A DNA stretch of 64,000 bases, from contig NC_068998.1 in NCBI RefSeq assembly GCF_001194135.2, forward strand, positions 40,362,976 through 40,426,975, written 5' to 3'. Positions 63,560-64,000 of this stretch are shown here, piece after piece. Source of the DNA: Octopus bimaculoides (Eukaryota). The position numbers and the translations under genes are program-made. The notes below the pieces were generated by a model that was not told where the DNA came from, did not search any database, and was given only the letters and a program-made list of their open reading frames with translations. Numbering within the stretch: position 1 is the stretch's first letter; every line of letters starts with the position of its first letter.

Positions 63560-64000
63560 CAAGTGTTAACACCTGTCTCTGTCCCACATGTGAATTCGAC
63601 AACCTCCAACTTGTCTGGCCAACAACCTGTGAACAATGCCACCACCAATGGAGGCTGCAACCATCTCAACCAACAGAACCAGGCACACAGTACTGCTGCT
63701 GTTGCTGCTGCTGCCACTGCTAGCAGCAGCAGCAGCAACTGCAGCAGCAATGGTGTGGGCAACAGCTCAACAAATGGCAGCAATAACAGCATCATCATAA
63801 GCAGCAGCAGCAGCAGTAGTAGCAGTAGCAATGGTGGCAGCAGTGGCGGCGGTGGAGGTCACAGTAACAACAGCAGCAGCGTTGGTGGTGGCGGCGGCGG
63901 TGGTGGCGGTGGTAGCAGTGGTGGTGGTGGCGGCGGTAGTGGCAGTGGTGGTGGTGGTGGCAGCAACAACAGCAACAGCAACAGCAGCAGTAACAACAAC
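63560..64000 (+). CDS. POU6: Coding exon of the probable POU6 gene, running off the window: QVLTPVSVPHVNSTTSNLSGQQPVNNATTNGGCNHLNQQNQAHST followed by Ala/Ser/Asn/Gly low-complexity tracts
   Basis: ttctttctgtatttcAG acceptor; phase 0 matches the previous donor; 147 codons with no stop to the window end. The 3' two-thirds are trinucleotide-repeat derived. Confidence 0.75.

Noticed and set aside
1-64000. CRISPR arrays, rRNA or prokaryotic systems
   Set aside because: No constant-repeat/unique-spacer arrays, rRNA similarity or operon-like ORF density; the DNA is eukaryotic intron.

Overview
This is eukaryotic, AT-rich, microsatellite-saturated DNA from a gapped draft assembly. The SINE and LINE families point to an octopus genome (inference). 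The window is almost entirely intronic to one plus-strand gene. Five phase-compatible coding exons (12728-12929, 30323-30475, 58345-58542, 61637-61773, 63560->64000) encode the Q/S/A/G-rich N-terminal half of a probable class VI POU transcription factor. The call rests on the PQLLTNAQGQI motif shared with vertebrate POU6F2; the POU-specific domain and homeodomain are not in the window. The introns (17.4, 27.9, 3.1 and 1.8 kb) contain tRNA-derived SINEs, RTE, Tx1/L1 and R4/Dong LINE remnants, piggyBac- and hAT-like MITEs, and mini- and microsatellites. The most interesting signal is a set of sense-strand minimal hammerhead-ribozyme folds of the Penelope-associated type. One sits in a composite unit at 62340-63005: Penelope RT-thumb/GIY-YIG remnant, tRNA-like Pol III head, (TAA)n, hammerhead, then a perfect 47-bp inverted repeat. 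Two more sit in short elements stacked in a (TA)n tract at 34430-35155. Most entries in the supplied ORF track are microsatellite or N-gap artefacts. Repeat boundaries were estimated by eye and are approximate unless a TSD or TIR is quoted.
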